From Nitrososphaeraceae archaeon (GTDB lineage: Archaea; Thermoproteota; Nitrososphaeria; Nitrososphaerales; Nitrososphaeraceae): a DNA stretch of 64,000 bases. Under the pieces are notes generated by a model, which had not been told where the DNA came from, ran no database searches, and was given only the letters and a program-made list of their open reading frames with translations. The stretch is taken from contig DATFEP010000014.1 in NCBI GenBank assembly GCA_035250975.1, positions 1 to 64,000 on the forward strand, written 5' to 3'. Shown here one piece after another: positions 39,170-49,952 of the stretch. Positions within the stretch are counted from its first letter, which is position 1. Each line of letters opens with the position of its first letter. The position numbers were made by a program, and so were the translations under genes.

Positions 39170-40615
39170 ATGGAAAGAATGGAACCAGATTCTGGACTAG
39201 AGGATATTCATAAGTTTATTACAAATGAAAATAAATCATTATTAATTAAAGGGAAATCTGGTACCGGTAAGGCCACTCTGGCTCTAGAAATAGCAAAAAC
39301 TCACTCAAACAAATTCGAAGTAATATATATTTCTAGAAATATTTCCGTAAATAATATTTACAATAGATTTCCATGGACCAAAAACCTATTAAAATCATAC
39401 AATATAGTGTCTATCAACACCAACCCTGATTTTATGTTATCTGAAGCGTCAGTCATATTAAATAGTATAATGAATACACTATCAAATAGAATTCAAAAAA
39501 TTGAAGATCCGTTTGTACCTTTAAAGGAAAAACCGAGGCCATTTATAATATTGGAGATATGGGATAACTTAGTAAAAGAACTAGATAACAAAGATATCAT
39601 AAGAACACAAAAAATATTATCTTCCCTAATAGATAAAAATGGAGGTTTTGTCATTTTTTTGACTGAAGACATGGACAATACAGATCTTGATAATTTAATC
39701 GATGGAATCATTACTCTTGATCAATCTTTTTATAAATCATACCGTCTTAGAGAAATGCAAATATACAAACTTAAAGGAACTGGGATAAATAGATCTAAAA
39801 TAGGATTTACGTTAACAGATGGAAGGTTTAGAACATTTTCACCCATCTCTCATAAAATTAATTTTGATAAAACAAATAACTTTGTTTTTTTTTCACATTC
39901 AGAAAAAACATTCTCTACTGGAAATCAAGGATTGGATAATAAATTAAAAGGAGGTTTTAAAAGAGGTAGTATAATCTCATTGGAGATAGAAGAAGAAGTA
40001 GATAGATTTGCCTTTGTTCCAGTTTTCGTTCCACTGGTATTAAATTTTATTTCGCAAAGTTATGGAGCATTAATAATCTCAGCTTGGGATCAACATATAT
40101 CATCCGTTACACGATACATCACTCCGTTTGTAAATAAGAAATTATTGAGTAAATATTTCAAAATAATAGGAAGAGAGAATGTCATTAAAAATGATCTTAA
40201 AAATAGTGAAAGTCAACCATACATCATACCTGGGATAGAAGTAGATTTTATAAATACATTCAAAATATGGAATAAAGAATATGATGAATTGCGAACTATA
40301 ACAGATGGATGTCTTGTAACAGTAGATTTTAGTTTTGTAGAAATACAATATCAAAATGAACTTTTAGATATTCAAAAAGCCATTATTAACTTTTCTAGCA
40401 AAATACGTTCCTCAAATGACTTACTTATAATGGTTTCCAGACCGACCTATAAATCACTAGAAGTAATGAAAAGTGTCAGTGATATTCATTTGAAATTAAT
40501 TGAGTTCAATGGAGCTGTGATGTTGGCCGCTATCAAACCTCAATTCTTTCTTTATAACATACAAACTGATCCGCACGCCGGATATCCAAAGTCACATTTT
40601 ATAAATAGTTCCTAA
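39170..40615 (+). CDS. KaiC/RAD55-superfamily two-domain ATPase, GvpD-like
   Basis: SLLIKGKSGTGKA Walker A, DGIITL, R...I.KLKG, FTL.DGRF; second domain (FSTG..GLD..L.GGF.RGS) lacks Walker A. Confidence 0.8.
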   Translation: MERMEPDSGLEDIHKFITNENKSLLIKGKSGTGKATLALEIAKTHSNKFEVIYISRNISVNNIYNRFPWTKNLLKSYNIVSINTNPDFMLSEASVILNSIMNTLSNRIQKIEDPFVPLKEKPRPFIILEIWDNLVKELDNKDIIRTQKILSSLIDKNGGFVIFLTEDMDNTDLDNLIDGIITLDQSFYKSYRLREMQIYKLKGTGINRSKIGFTLTDGRFRTFSPISHKINFDKTNNFVFFSHSEKTFSTGNQGLDNKLKGGFKRGSIISLEIEEEVDRFAFVPVFVPLVLNFISQSYGALIISAWDQHISSVTRYITPFVNKKLLSKYFKIIGRENVIKNDLKNSESQPYIIPGIEVDFINTFKIWNKEYDELRTITDGCLVTVDFSFVEIQYQNELLDIQKAIINFSSKIRSSNDLLIMVSRPTYKSLEVMKSVSDIHLKLIEFNGAVMLAAIKPQFFLYNIQTDPHAGYPKSHFINSS

Positions 40616-41155
40616 TAGATATATTGAAAGATACTGCTGAGTACATTCATTATATTTTGAATTGAATCTTGTTTTTGATCGTTATATAGTATAAAGAATG
40701 AATAATTTGATCAAAAGCCATAAATATTTATGTGACTTTTTATTGCTGGCTTAGACTATTTATTCACAAATATAATACCAGAACATAAAACTATAATTCC
40801 TTCAAGTGATTACAAATTGTCTAATTTAATAGAGTTGATTCAAATTTTTTTTATTATATTTTAGTATCTTGTTACTATATTATTAACAATTCACGTATAT
40901 GTGTTTTATACATAGGTTTAAAGATTTTTTATTTTTTTATGTATAATTACAGCTTAAAAATTTGTTTTAAAATTTTATGTTTATTTATAGTAATTGAAGT
41001 AACTTATCTCTACCTCATGGAAGTTGATTTACGAGCATACGAGAAAGTTATATAAAAGACAAAGTATAATACAATCTTCTATAGGTAATATATTTTTCTA
41101 TAAAGAGAATATTCAATAGTTTATTATGATATATATATATCAAGATGTTTTTACA

Positions 41156-41454
41156 ATGAAAAAGGTATCAATATTCCTAACTATATGAATTCTCTTAATA
41201 AGCGCTGCAGTACTCACATATGTTCCTAGAAATATAGTTGCACAATCTGATACCACTGATTACACAGTGACCGAAGAACAGATCAAAGCAAAAATCACAG
41301 ACTTCAAGGCAAAACACCCAAATTCGCTGCTATTCTTGAAGAAATACCCAATCCGGACTTGAAAGAAACTGTTAAAAGTTACATTGGTGCTGAAGCTCTA
41401 CAAAAAATGCTAAAATTCCACGCTAAAAATCTAGTTGAAGAAAAAGTAATGTAA
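41156..41454 (+). pseudogene. Disrupted small secreted protein gene
   Basis: MKKVSIFLTI*ILLISAAVLTYVPRNIVAQSD...: TGA inside the signal peptide, then a frameshift near 41320 before FAAILEEIPNPDLKETVKSYIGAEALQKMLKFHAKNLVEEKVM*. Confidence 0.6.
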
Positions 41455-41677
41455 GTAACTAAATTTCGGATATAAAAATATCTAAAATTTTTATATTTTC
41501 TTTTTATTTTGGACATCATATTATTGGACAATAGGAGATTTTATAAACTAGAAACATTATTTTTGTTAAAATAAAAATGAATGTATATTTTAAACATGTA
41601 TTGTTATTAAAACAACTATTGTTACCGGAACAATAATAACATATATATGCAGGATAACTATCGCATGTATTTTATTA

Positions 41678-42253
41678 ATGATAAGAGAATCTGATTCAAA
41701 AACTCATGGATGGATGCGATTTGCCCAAATTGGTTTAGGAGCTATTGCAATTATTATATCCTTAATTGTTATAACATATCCTGGACTTACTACTATATCT
41801 TTAGTATATTTTCTTTCCATTCTCTTCTTCATTGTGGGAATTGAGAAAATTATAACGGGGATTATCTTCAAGAGTAAGTCACGTCTTGCAAGTATAGGTT
41901 TGGGAGTTCTAGTTTTAATATTGGCTGGTTTGGCATTAGCATTTCCAGTCAGTGCTACTTATATACTCGTACTGTTTGTTGCTTTGGCTTTACTGTTTGA
42001 TGGTTTTGCTCGTATAGCTCACGGGATTGGTGAAAAATCAGAGAGCAAATTCAATAGGTTCTTTAGTATTGGTGTAGGAATAATATCTATTGCTATATCA
42101 GCATATATAATGGCGTCACCATTATTTGGTTTTGCATTTGTAGGCTTTTTAATAGGAATATCGATTTTTATAACTGGAATTCAAATTTTGGTGGCAGGCT
42201 TGAGGGGAAGAAAACTATCCTTAGAAGCTACAAGAATGGATGTTGGAAAATAA
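41678..42253 (+). CDS. HdeD/DUF308 family membrane protein
   Basis: Six TM helices in two repeats. Confidence 0.85.
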   Translation: MIRESDSKTHGWMRFAQIGLGAIAIIISLIVITYPGLTTISLVYFLSILFFIVGIEKIITGIIFKSKSRLASIGLGVLVLILAGLALAFPVSATYILVLFVALALLFDGFARIAHGIGEKSESKFNRFFSIGVGIISIAISAYIMASPLFGFAFVGFLIGISIFITGIQILVAGLRGRKLSLEATRMDVGK

Positions 42254-42322
42254 AATAGAGTTCGGATTTTAAATTTTTAAAATCTTATTTATAGTATAGA
42301 AAATAAATATGTGTAATAATAC

Positions 42323-42757
42323 TTGTCGAAAATGGAATATTATGTTATTTATTTTTTATTATCATTGCTTTTGTCGAGTTCATTATCTTTTTCATATGCA
42401 CTCAATCCAAATGTTGTTGTGACTATACCTTATGGTGCAGCTAGCGATATTACTCAGCATTTTTTACCAAATCCAGTTAATATTGATGTTGGTGACACAA
42501 TAGAATGGATAAATGAAGATGCTACTATTCATACTGTCAATGGTATAGAGGTTATGGCTATTGATGACATCAAATATAAAGAGACGACTGAACTAGGATT
42601 AAAGACTTCACTATTTGATTCAAATATTCTATATCCAGGAGACATATTTTATTATACATTCGATCAAGAAGGGATTTATAACTATATTTGTATTATACAT
42701 CCTTATCTTATATCGACAGTAAATGTCGAAAAAATCCAAAAACTAATTTCTAATTAA
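42323..42757 (+). CDS. Plastocyanin/cupredoxin-type blue copper protein
   Basis: Signal peptide, F.P....I.VGDTI.W.N.D...HTV, YNYICIIHPYL. Confidence 0.9.
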   Translation: MSKMEYYVIYFLLSLLLSSSLSFSYALNPNVVVTIPYGAASDITQHFLPNPVNIDVGDTIEWINEDATIHTVNGIEVMAIDDIKYKETTELGLKTSLFDSNILYPGDIFYYTFDQEGIYNYICIIHPYLISTVNVEKIQKLISN

Positions 42758-42950
42758 AAATACACATTTGTCCTAATTCAATTAACTAATGACTTACTCT
42801 TTATACGAAGATAATAATAGTCAATAAATTGTATAAAATTAAAAAAATATTATTTATTTAAGGTTCTCAATTTCTACCTCTAAATTTGTACTGGGTAAAC
42901 ATTAAATCTTATTTATTACAAATATATACCATTAAAATTTTTATCTTAAT

Positions 42951-44068
42951 ATGTTGATTAAATATAATAAAATATTAATCATTTCTTTGTACTTGTCGTT
43001 ATTACTTCCTACTCATATTTCATTAAAAACTACATTTTCCAAAGGTGATGATTTTTTTGAATTCCCATCAGAAGAATATTATGATCGTAATAACTTTAGA
43101 GATAAAGGCTCTTCACAGCATAAAAGTGAAAACTCTGAAAGTCCAGATTCTAAAAGTTAATTTATGTCCTATAAAGAAAAAAATGAACAGTTTGAAGATA
43201 AAAAAATTCGTCTAATTTCAATATTGCAATAGTTGGAGACTGGTATTGTACTGAAGATACAAAGAGAACAGTAGATTCTATTCAAGATCGCAATCCAGAG
43301 ATAGTCTTCAGTCTTGGGGATACATCCTATGGTACCGATATGAATTGTTGGCTAGATATAGCGAAACCTATATCTGATAAAATGAACTCAGTAGTTGGTA
43401 ATCATGATTATATGTCGCCAACCATTTTTCAACAATATATGGAAAACTTTGGATTATCAAAAGAATATTATTCATTTGATTACAAAAATCTCCATTTTCT
43501 AATGAAGTCTTCTGAATCTACATATAATGCTGGTGATGATCATGGTTTCTCAGATGTCTAGGAAACAAAACAACATGAATATGTTGATAAAGATTTGTCG
43601 CACGCATCAAAAAATCCGGATATAAAATGGATTATTGTTATGACTCATAGACAGCAATATTCTTCATTATGCGGCAATCATGACTCTTGTGATCTGATAA
43701 AAAAATTGAGAGATACCTATCATCCTCTATTTGAAAAATATGGAGTTGATTTTTTATTAAGCGGTCATGCCCATAATTATCAAAGAACATATCCTTTATC
43801 TTATAATGAAATAAATTCATTACAAGCAATTATCAACGATAATGGGAAAACTGACTTCATATCCGCTAAGGGAATGTTTCAGATAGTTGTAGGAACTGGT
43901 GGAATTGATTTTGATCGTGTTACCAACTAAGAACCTTATGTTGTATACCAGCAAGATTCAAGCTATAGATCTTTAAATGTCGATGTAGCTGATAGCGGAA
44001 ATACGTTAATAGGTCAATAATATTCCAATGACGGCGAAGTATTAGATGAATTCAAAATAATTCAATGA
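42951..44068 (+). pseudogene. Purple acid phosphatase-type metallophosphoesterase pseudogene
   Basis: VGDW, LGDTSY, GNHD, MTH, GHAHNYQR and VGTGG motifs spread over fragments separated by stops ending at 43160, 43561, 43930 and about 44020, plus a frameshift near 43200. Confidence 0.85.
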
Positions 44069-44245
44069 CAAAAATAGTATTTTATATCCAATGCATCTCA
44101 AATATATTTTCTTATTAGGATATTGACGACTATTTGCAGCAATTTCCCTTATTAAAATAATGATAAATCTTCTTTTTAACATATTTTACAAAAAAGATTT
44201 CTAAATTTGAGTGTATTATATAAATAGATCCTTTATCAAATTGTT

Positions 44246-44650
44246 TTGATGAAAAACACTCTTCATCAGTTATTCGCTCTTTCAATTGTTGGAATAATGT
44301 TTTTTTCTTTATTATTCAATAATATTTACGGAGAGAGTTCAGAAGTCAGTGTGATTGTAAAAGTGGTAGATGTAGAAAAATTTAAGGGTCAAATTTGGAA
44401 TATCAACGCTCAATTGAGGGATAAGACAAATGATTCAGAATTAGCTAAAGATAAAACTACTTTTACAGTCAATGAAAATCAGACGATACAACTAATAATA
44501 GAATTATCAAACTCTACGAAAAATATCAACAACTCATATATATTTGTAGATGCTTCTTCTACTTTAGATGATATTGATGTTTTTGGTAAAATAGAATCGC
44601 CAAAGAAGGAAAACAATTTAATTACTCTAAATCTGACTAAAGCAAGATAG
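44246..44650 (+). CDS. Secreted hypothetical protein
   Basis: Signal peptide followed by a beta-rich domain. Confidence 0.65.
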   Translation: MMKNTLHQLFALSIVGIMFFSLLFNNIYGESSEVSVIVKVVDVEKFKGQIWNINAQLRDKTNDSELAKDKTTFTVNENQTIQLIIELSNSTKNINNSYIFVDASSTLDDIDVFGKIESPKKENNLITLNLTKAR

Positions 44651-44707
44651 TAGTAAAATCTTTTTTAGGCGGAGCTATTTATTTTATTTAACCTTATTTT
44701 ATTTATT

Positions 44708-45631
44708 TTACCATGTCATTCTAGATGTGTCTCTAATATGGTAATATAAATATTGTTGGACATACCCTGCATATTCTCCAAAATATTCACGAACTCTGCT
44801 TCCTATGATGTTATATTGGTTGTTCGTTGGTTTATTATTAGAATGATACTTTTTTATGTCCTCAAATAGCCAATAATAATTCTCCAATATGGATCTATAA
44901 ATCCAAATATCTATAGGAAAAGCATCTAGTTTTTCAAACGCAAATAAAAGAATACAGTCAGCAGTTTTATTTCCAATTCCCTTCAATTTTACTAACTCTT
45001 TTCTAGATTCAAAATAATGTTTCCTTTTTATTTCTTCAAAGTTTAACATTTTTGATTCAATTTCAGTTGCTACTGATTTCACAAATTTAGCTCTATATCC
45101 TAAACCGCATGACGTCAATTCGTTAATTGACGCATTGCTTAATTTCTTTGCATTAGGGAAAAGATAAAATTCTAATCCGTCAAATATTATCTTTCTACCA
45201 AATTTTTTAGAAATGTTTGTTAACATATGTCTAATTCTTTTAACATTTGTATTACTTGCACATACAAAAGTTATCATACATTGAAAGGGCTCCTGTCTTA
45301 ATATCCTCAATCCATTGTATTTCTGGTATATCCTAAAAATGATTTCATCTTTTGATAATGCTTTATATACTTCTTCATGATCATCATTTAACCTAAAAAA
45401 GAATTTCTCCCATAGTTCATTTTTAGGAAAGGATTGATATTCTACTTTATTTGTTGCAATTATTTTTTTATTATTGATTGTTGGTTCTTTTATTACAGTA
45501 AATTTTAATACTTGTTTGCCATTTATCCCATACCATGATCCATTGACATTTTTCCATAGGAATACTTGACCGCTATTGATACTTCTTATAGGATCAAATA
45601 ATACTACTTTATGTTCATTGCTTCTTTTCAT
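44708..45631 (-). CDS. ogg1: 8-oxoguanine DNA glycosylase (Ogg1-type HhH-GPD)
   Basis: SGQVF, GLRILRQEP, GLGYRAK, LKGIGNKTADC and AFPID motifs. Confidence 0.9.
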   Translation of the reverse strand: MKRSNEHKVVLFDPIRSINSGQVFLWKNVNGSWYGINGKQVLKFTVIKEPTINNKKIIATNKVEYQSFPKNELWEKFFFRLNDDHEEVYKALSKDEIIFRIYQKYNGLRILRQEPFQCMITFVCASNTNVKRIRHMLTNISKKFGRKIIFDGLEFYLFPNAKKLSNASINELTSCGLGYRAKFVKSVATEIESKMLNFEEIKRKHYFESRKELVKLKGIGNKTADCILLFAFEKLDAFPIDIWIYRSILENYYWLFEDIKKYHSNNKPTNNQYNIIGSRVREYFGEYAGYVQQYLYYHIRDTSRMTW

Positions 45632-45674
45632 AATTGCCTATTTTATAACAAATATTCATAAAGTATGTGCTCAG

Positions 45675-45869
45675 CTAAATTTTCTCAAATATTTTACGCA
45701 AATCATTGTTTAATGTTTCTATAGTTTTTGGAATTTCTACCTTTGCACATGCTATACAAAAAGATTGTAGAGATAAAGGATAAGAGAAGTATCTATCATT
45801 TAATAAGATTTCTTTCTTGCATGAAATACATTTTTTTAGCTTAAAGGGATCGGTATTTTTTGTAATCAA
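45675..45869 (-). CDS. Small zinc-finger protein
   Basis: CISC...FCIAC. Confidence 0.65.
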   Translation of the reverse strand: MITKNTDPFKLKKCISCKKEILLNDRYFSYPLSLQSFCIACAKVEIPKTIETLNNDLRKIFEKI

Positions 45870-45947
45870 TCATTATATGTTCCCTTCAAATCATTTTAAA
45901 TTTATCTATTTATAAGTACAGAATAATATTTTTGAAATCAAAATATA

Positions 45948-47207
45948 TCATACTTCATATGAATCTCCCAGGTTAGGAGCAAAGGAGTGATACCCATACT
46001 TTTCTGAGATTTCCTCCGAAAATCTTGTACAAGAGTTGCCATCTCCATGAACTGTGAGCACAGTCGGATTTCCTTTTATTCTATCAAGTATTTCGAATAA
46101 CTCTTCTCTACTGTTATGACCAGAAAATTCAAATTGCTTAACTTGAGCAAAACATTTTCTCATTTTTCCATTCAACTTAAAACTTTTTTTCTCCAATAAC
46201 GTTCTTCCCGGTGTGTTTTCTCCTTGATATGATACCAATGCTATGCCATTCTTTTCATAATCCATCATATTTTGCATATAAAAAATTGCCGAACCTCCTA
46301 CTAGCATTCCGGCTGGCGAGATTATCACACAGGGTTCTCTAACAACCTTTTTTCTTCTCTTCCATTCTCTTATCCATTCTAAATTCTCTACAGCATTTTT
46401 AAAAAGTTCTGAATCCCTTAAAAATTCTGGGTATTTTAGCATTATTTCATTGACTTTCAAAGCCATTCCATCCATCACAACTTTGTATTTGAAATTATGT
46501 GCTTTTAACACACAAGCAATTTCCTGTGCTCTTTCCACTGAAAAAGCTGGGATAAACAAAGTTCCATTATTTTCGATAATATCGTATGCAAATTCCAGAA
46601 GTTCCCTTTCCGATTGTTCTCTAGGTTTTTGAGTAGTTTGTGAATAAGTGCTTTCGATAATCATCAGATCTATGTTGTCAAAATCTAGATCTGCTGGTCT
46701 AAGTAATTTTGAGCCTCTTGTATTAATATCTCCAGTATAGAAGATTTTCTTACCTTTATTTTCTATTATTATAGAAGATCCGCCAATCACATGACCAGAT
46801 TCATATAATATAATGTTCAAATCATTGATCTCATAAGAGCTTCTATATTCCACGTTAGTATGACTTTTCATCATTTTCTCAACTTCAATATTTTCAAATG
46901 GTAGATAAAAACCAGATATTTTCAACATATCTTCTATCAATAGCTGGGATAGTTCGATTGTAGGCATGGTTGATATAACCTGAATATTAGAAGATGACAA
47001 AAATAATGAAGGTACATAACCTGAATGATCAAGGTGTGCATGAGAAAGAACTACGGCATTGATATCTTTGGGTTTTACATGAATTGGGAATTCAGGTTCT
47101 TTTTTCAACAAAACGCCAAAATCTAATAAAATACTGGAGATCTCGCTACTTACTAAAAAAGCGGACCGTCCAACTTCTTTTCCTGCACCTAAAACTCTAA
47201 TTTCCAA
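45948..47207 (-). CDS. beta-CASP metallo-beta-lactamase ribonuclease (aCPSF2-like)
   Basis: GAGKEVGRS, HAHLDH, GHVIG, YTGD, ESTY, FSGH, VHGD; no KH domains. Confidence 0.9.
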   Translation of the reverse strand: MEIRVLGAGKEVGRSAFLVSSEISSILLDFGVLLKKEPEFPIHVKPKDINAVVLSHAHLDHSGYVPSLFLSSSNIQVISTMPTIELSQLLIEDMLKISGFYLPFENIEVEKMMKSHTNVEYRSSYEINDLNIILYESGHVIGGSSIIIENKGKKIFYTGDINTRGSKLLRPADLDFDNIDLMIIESTYSQTTQKPREQSERELLEFAYDIIENNGTLFIPAFSVERAQEIACVLKAHNFKYKVVMDGMALKVNEIMLKYPEFLRDSELFKNAVENLEWIREWKRRKKVVREPCVIISPAGMLVGGSAIFYMQNMMDYEKNGIALVSYQGENTPGRTLLEKKSFKLNGKMRKCFAQVKQFEFSGHNSREELFEILDRIKGNPTVLTVHGDGNSCTRFSEEISEKYGYHSFAPNLGDSYEV

Positions 47208-47256
47208 TTAGAAATTCATGTAATCTGTGGTTACTTAAAGTATTGTATAATGTTGC

Positions 47257-48069
47257 TTAAAAAAATTTTATCTCCCATAATCTCTTGTCATTAATTTTTT
47301 CAAGAAAGCCAAATCCTAATTCGTCTAGAACTTGTTCAAATTCATAGGTGACGGATTTACCAAATGCTTTTTCAGCTTCCACTTGTGCCATTAATGTTTT
47401 TTTTATTAATTCTGATTTTTTTTCATTTTTGCAATAAATATACCAATAATTGTGACTTCCTCTGAGATCAGAGAGAAATTCTATCAATTTATTGTCAAAT
47501 CCAGAATAATATTTATTAGCAAGTGAGAAATTTACATCTTCCCAAGATGGAGTAATCCATTCAGCAAGTTTCTCATACCCATGTCCTTCATATTCTGCTG
47601 CCAAACTTAAACCCTCATCTAATGTGGTAATGACTATTTCTGTTTTTATTGATATTTCATCTCTAAAGTCCTCGCCAGGATCCATCCACCCAACAAAAAC
47701 TAAATCGTAATCTTCATACAACCCGTATTTCGTGTCGTAAAAATCTATGTATCTTGGTTTTGATCTGCCTATTGAATAAAAAAGATTAATGTTTTTTTCA
47801 ATTCCTTTTGCGTTAGGGATAAATTCTCTGATCTTCTCCAAAAAATCTCCATTTCCACACCCTACATCTACATATTTGATTTTCTCTTTTTCTTTATTTA
47901 CAGAATAAGCTATTCTAGAAATCCTCAGAGTATCTATCTTTCTATACGTAAAATATGTTCCACACAAATAGGGGAAAAAATATCTTTCGTGAAACTTGTA
48001 ATTTGATTTTGATTTAAATTCCTTTAGTTTTTCAATTGCAAATTTAATACTTGATAAATCATAAAACAT
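47257..48069 (-). CDS. Class I SAM-dependent methyltransferase-like protein
   Basis: YVDVGCGNG motif I. Confidence 0.75.
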   Translation of the reverse strand: MFYDLSSIKFAIEKLKEFKSKSNYKFHERYFFPYLCGTYFTYRKIDTLRISRIAYSVNKEKEKIKYVDVGCGNGDFLEKIREFIPNAKGIEKNINLFYSIGRSKPRYIDFYDTKYGLYEDYDLVFVGWMDPGEDFRDEISIKTEIVITTLDEGLSLAAEYEGHGYEKLAEWITPSWEDVNFSLANKYYSGFDNKLIEFLSDLRGSHNYWYIYCKNEKKSELIKKTLMAQVEAEKAFGKSVTYEFEQVLDELGFGFLEKINDKRLWEIKFF

Positions 48070-48161
48070 TGAATAGATCTCGGTGAGAGTTAAGATAATT
48101 TTCTAAAATAAAAATATTATAATTTTGATCTTATTTCATACAATTACATATACAAAAAAAG

Positions 48162-48422
48162 TTATGGACAGCCTTCCATTTTCTGGATATAATATCCCTT
48201 CTCTTGGATATCTCTTGCAATTGACGGAGGAGCTTCTTGTATGTGACAAAACTGACATTCTTCCTGAGTCATTCTCTGGTCTCCTTGACCTGCTTGGTCC
48301 AAAAATTCCTTTCCATAATTAATAGCTTTTTCATGTGGAGTACTTGCTTCCACAATTACGTCAAAATGCATAATTTTCCCATCCTTTTTTGTTACATATG
48401 TGTCATAAACTGCACATTCCAT
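48162..48422 (-). CDS. DUF2024 family protein
   Basis: VYDTYV...DG..MHFDV and ECQFCH motifs. Confidence 0.85.
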   Translation of the reverse strand: MECAVYDTYVTKKDGKIMHFDVIVEASTPHEKAINYGKEFLDQAGQGDQRMTQEECQFCHIQEAPPSIARDIQEKGYYIQKMEGCP

Positions 48423-48588
48423 AAGCAAAATATTCACTTGGGAATATTTATTCTATTCACTTCTGTTATCGTTTGACGTACTGAAGAGATTTATGTATAT
48501 TTCAAAATCATAAATTAAAAACAATTAAATAAGTACAAGTAATTTACTATCATCTATTCTCTTTAGGATTGAGGTTTAGTTTGTTAAT

Positions 48589-48876
48589 ATGAAGCTTAAA
48601 AAAGAAATTCGTGATAAAGAAAATATGGAAAGATTACAAAGTACTATGGATACATTAGAATCATTTAAGGAGAATAAGGATCTTCCTCGTGTAATAAGAA
48701 ACCAAATTCGAGATATTTATGATATTTTAAAAGATGAGAAAAATGGTAGTATATCTGTTAGAGCTGCTAATGCTGTGAGCATGTTGGATAGTTTGACTCA
48801 AAACAGACATATGGAATCGCATATTCGAACTACTCTCTGGCATGTTGTATCCAAGTTAGAGAGTATTAGGGAATAG
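48589..48876 (+). CDS. UPF0147 family protein
   Basis: PR.IR, SISVRAANAVS.LD, HIRT.LW..VS.LESI. Confidence 0.85.
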   Translation: MKLKKEIRDKENMERLQSTMDTLESFKENKDLPRVIRNQIRDIYDILKDEKNGSISVRAANAVSMLDSLTQNRHMESHIRTTLWHVVSKLESIRE

Positions 48877-49179
48877 CTAATCAGATTATACATTCTGAAT
48901 AATTTTTACAAAATAACACCGGGTTGAAACAATTCAATTTATAATATTGATATGAACTAAATTTTTTAGTATTCAATAACTAAATAAATTATCATTTAAA
49001 GAATTACTCATATAGAACTAATCCTGATATTATTAGAATTGGTTCTATAGTCGTAATCGATCATCTTGTTTTAACCTAATTAACGAAATGGAACTAACGC
49101 CAAATATTAATACATATTAGTTTTGTATTAATGAAAAATAAGAACAACAATTATTAACTTTTTAAAACACATCTTTCGT

Positions 49180-49821
49180 ATGGATTCAAATACAAAAACA
49201 AAAACATTGAGTTATATTAATAAGAATTTTCTTCTTCCTGGAGATCATATAGCTTATATTGAAGAGTTTGAGAGCGGTAAAGATACTTATGTATCCGAAG
49301 GTTCGGTCCGATCATCCGCTCTAGGATTAAGGAATTACAACTTAAAGCATAGGATGGTCAGCGTCGATAGAAAGAATAAAGCTAAATTCCCAAAAATTGG
49401 TGATGAAATTATAGGATATATTGAAATGTTATTCAGTAGCATGATATCCATAAAGATCTTATATTTAAATAATACAAAGTTAGGATCTGGCCTTTCAGCT
49501 ATAGCTTCAACCAGAATATCTACTTCTGGTGGCTTTCCTAGGAGAGATAGAGAAAGGAGACCAAAATTAATTTACAGAGCAGGTGACATAGTTAGAGGAC
49601 GAATATTTAGTTTAATGAATTCTTCATCACATGCAACTATTGACGATAAAAATCTTGGAGTACTTTACTGTTTGTGCTATATTTGTGGAGGAGAAACTGT
49701 GAAGTTAAACAGCAGTATCAAATGCATTGATTGTGGAATGAGTGAGGAAAAGAAGTTAGCGTCGGATTTTGGTAAAGATGCATTATTAAGACTCGAGAAC
49801 GTTAATCAGAATCGATCCTAA
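49180..49821 (+). CDS. csl4: Exosome complex RNA-binding protein Csl4
   Basis: LPGD.I..IEEF..G, S1 domain (GDIVRGR), LGVLY..C..CG...C..CG..E..KLA Zn ribbon. Confidence 0.92.
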   Translation: MDSNTKTKTLSYINKNFLLPGDHIAYIEEFESGKDTYVSEGSVRSSALGLRNYNLKHRMVSVDRKNKAKFPKIGDEIIGYIEMLFSSMISIKILYLNNTKLGSGLSAIASTRISTSGGFPRRDRERRPKLIYRAGDIVRGRIFSLMNSSSHATIDDKNLGVLYCLCYICGGETVKLNSSIKCIDCGMSEEKKLASDFGKDALLRLENVNQNRS

Positions 49822-49952
49822 ATAGATAAACAAAATTTTAATTGGTAAATATTTTTAATTCTTTTATCAATATTTTTTGTTAAAACAGATTATAGCACAT
49901 TTCGGTAAATTTCTGAAAGTGATTAAAGGAAGTTATTATAATTTCTGGTGAA

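Noticed and set aside
39170-40615. Gas-vesicle operon or circadian clock suggested by the GvpD/KaiC similarity
   Set aside because: No gvpA or other gvp genes and no kaiA/kaiB in the window; the second ATPase domain is degenerate
43559-43561. In-frame TAG in the phosphatase as pyrrolysine or readthrough
   Set aside because: The same gene also has TAA stops and a frameshift, so ordinary pseudogenisation explains it
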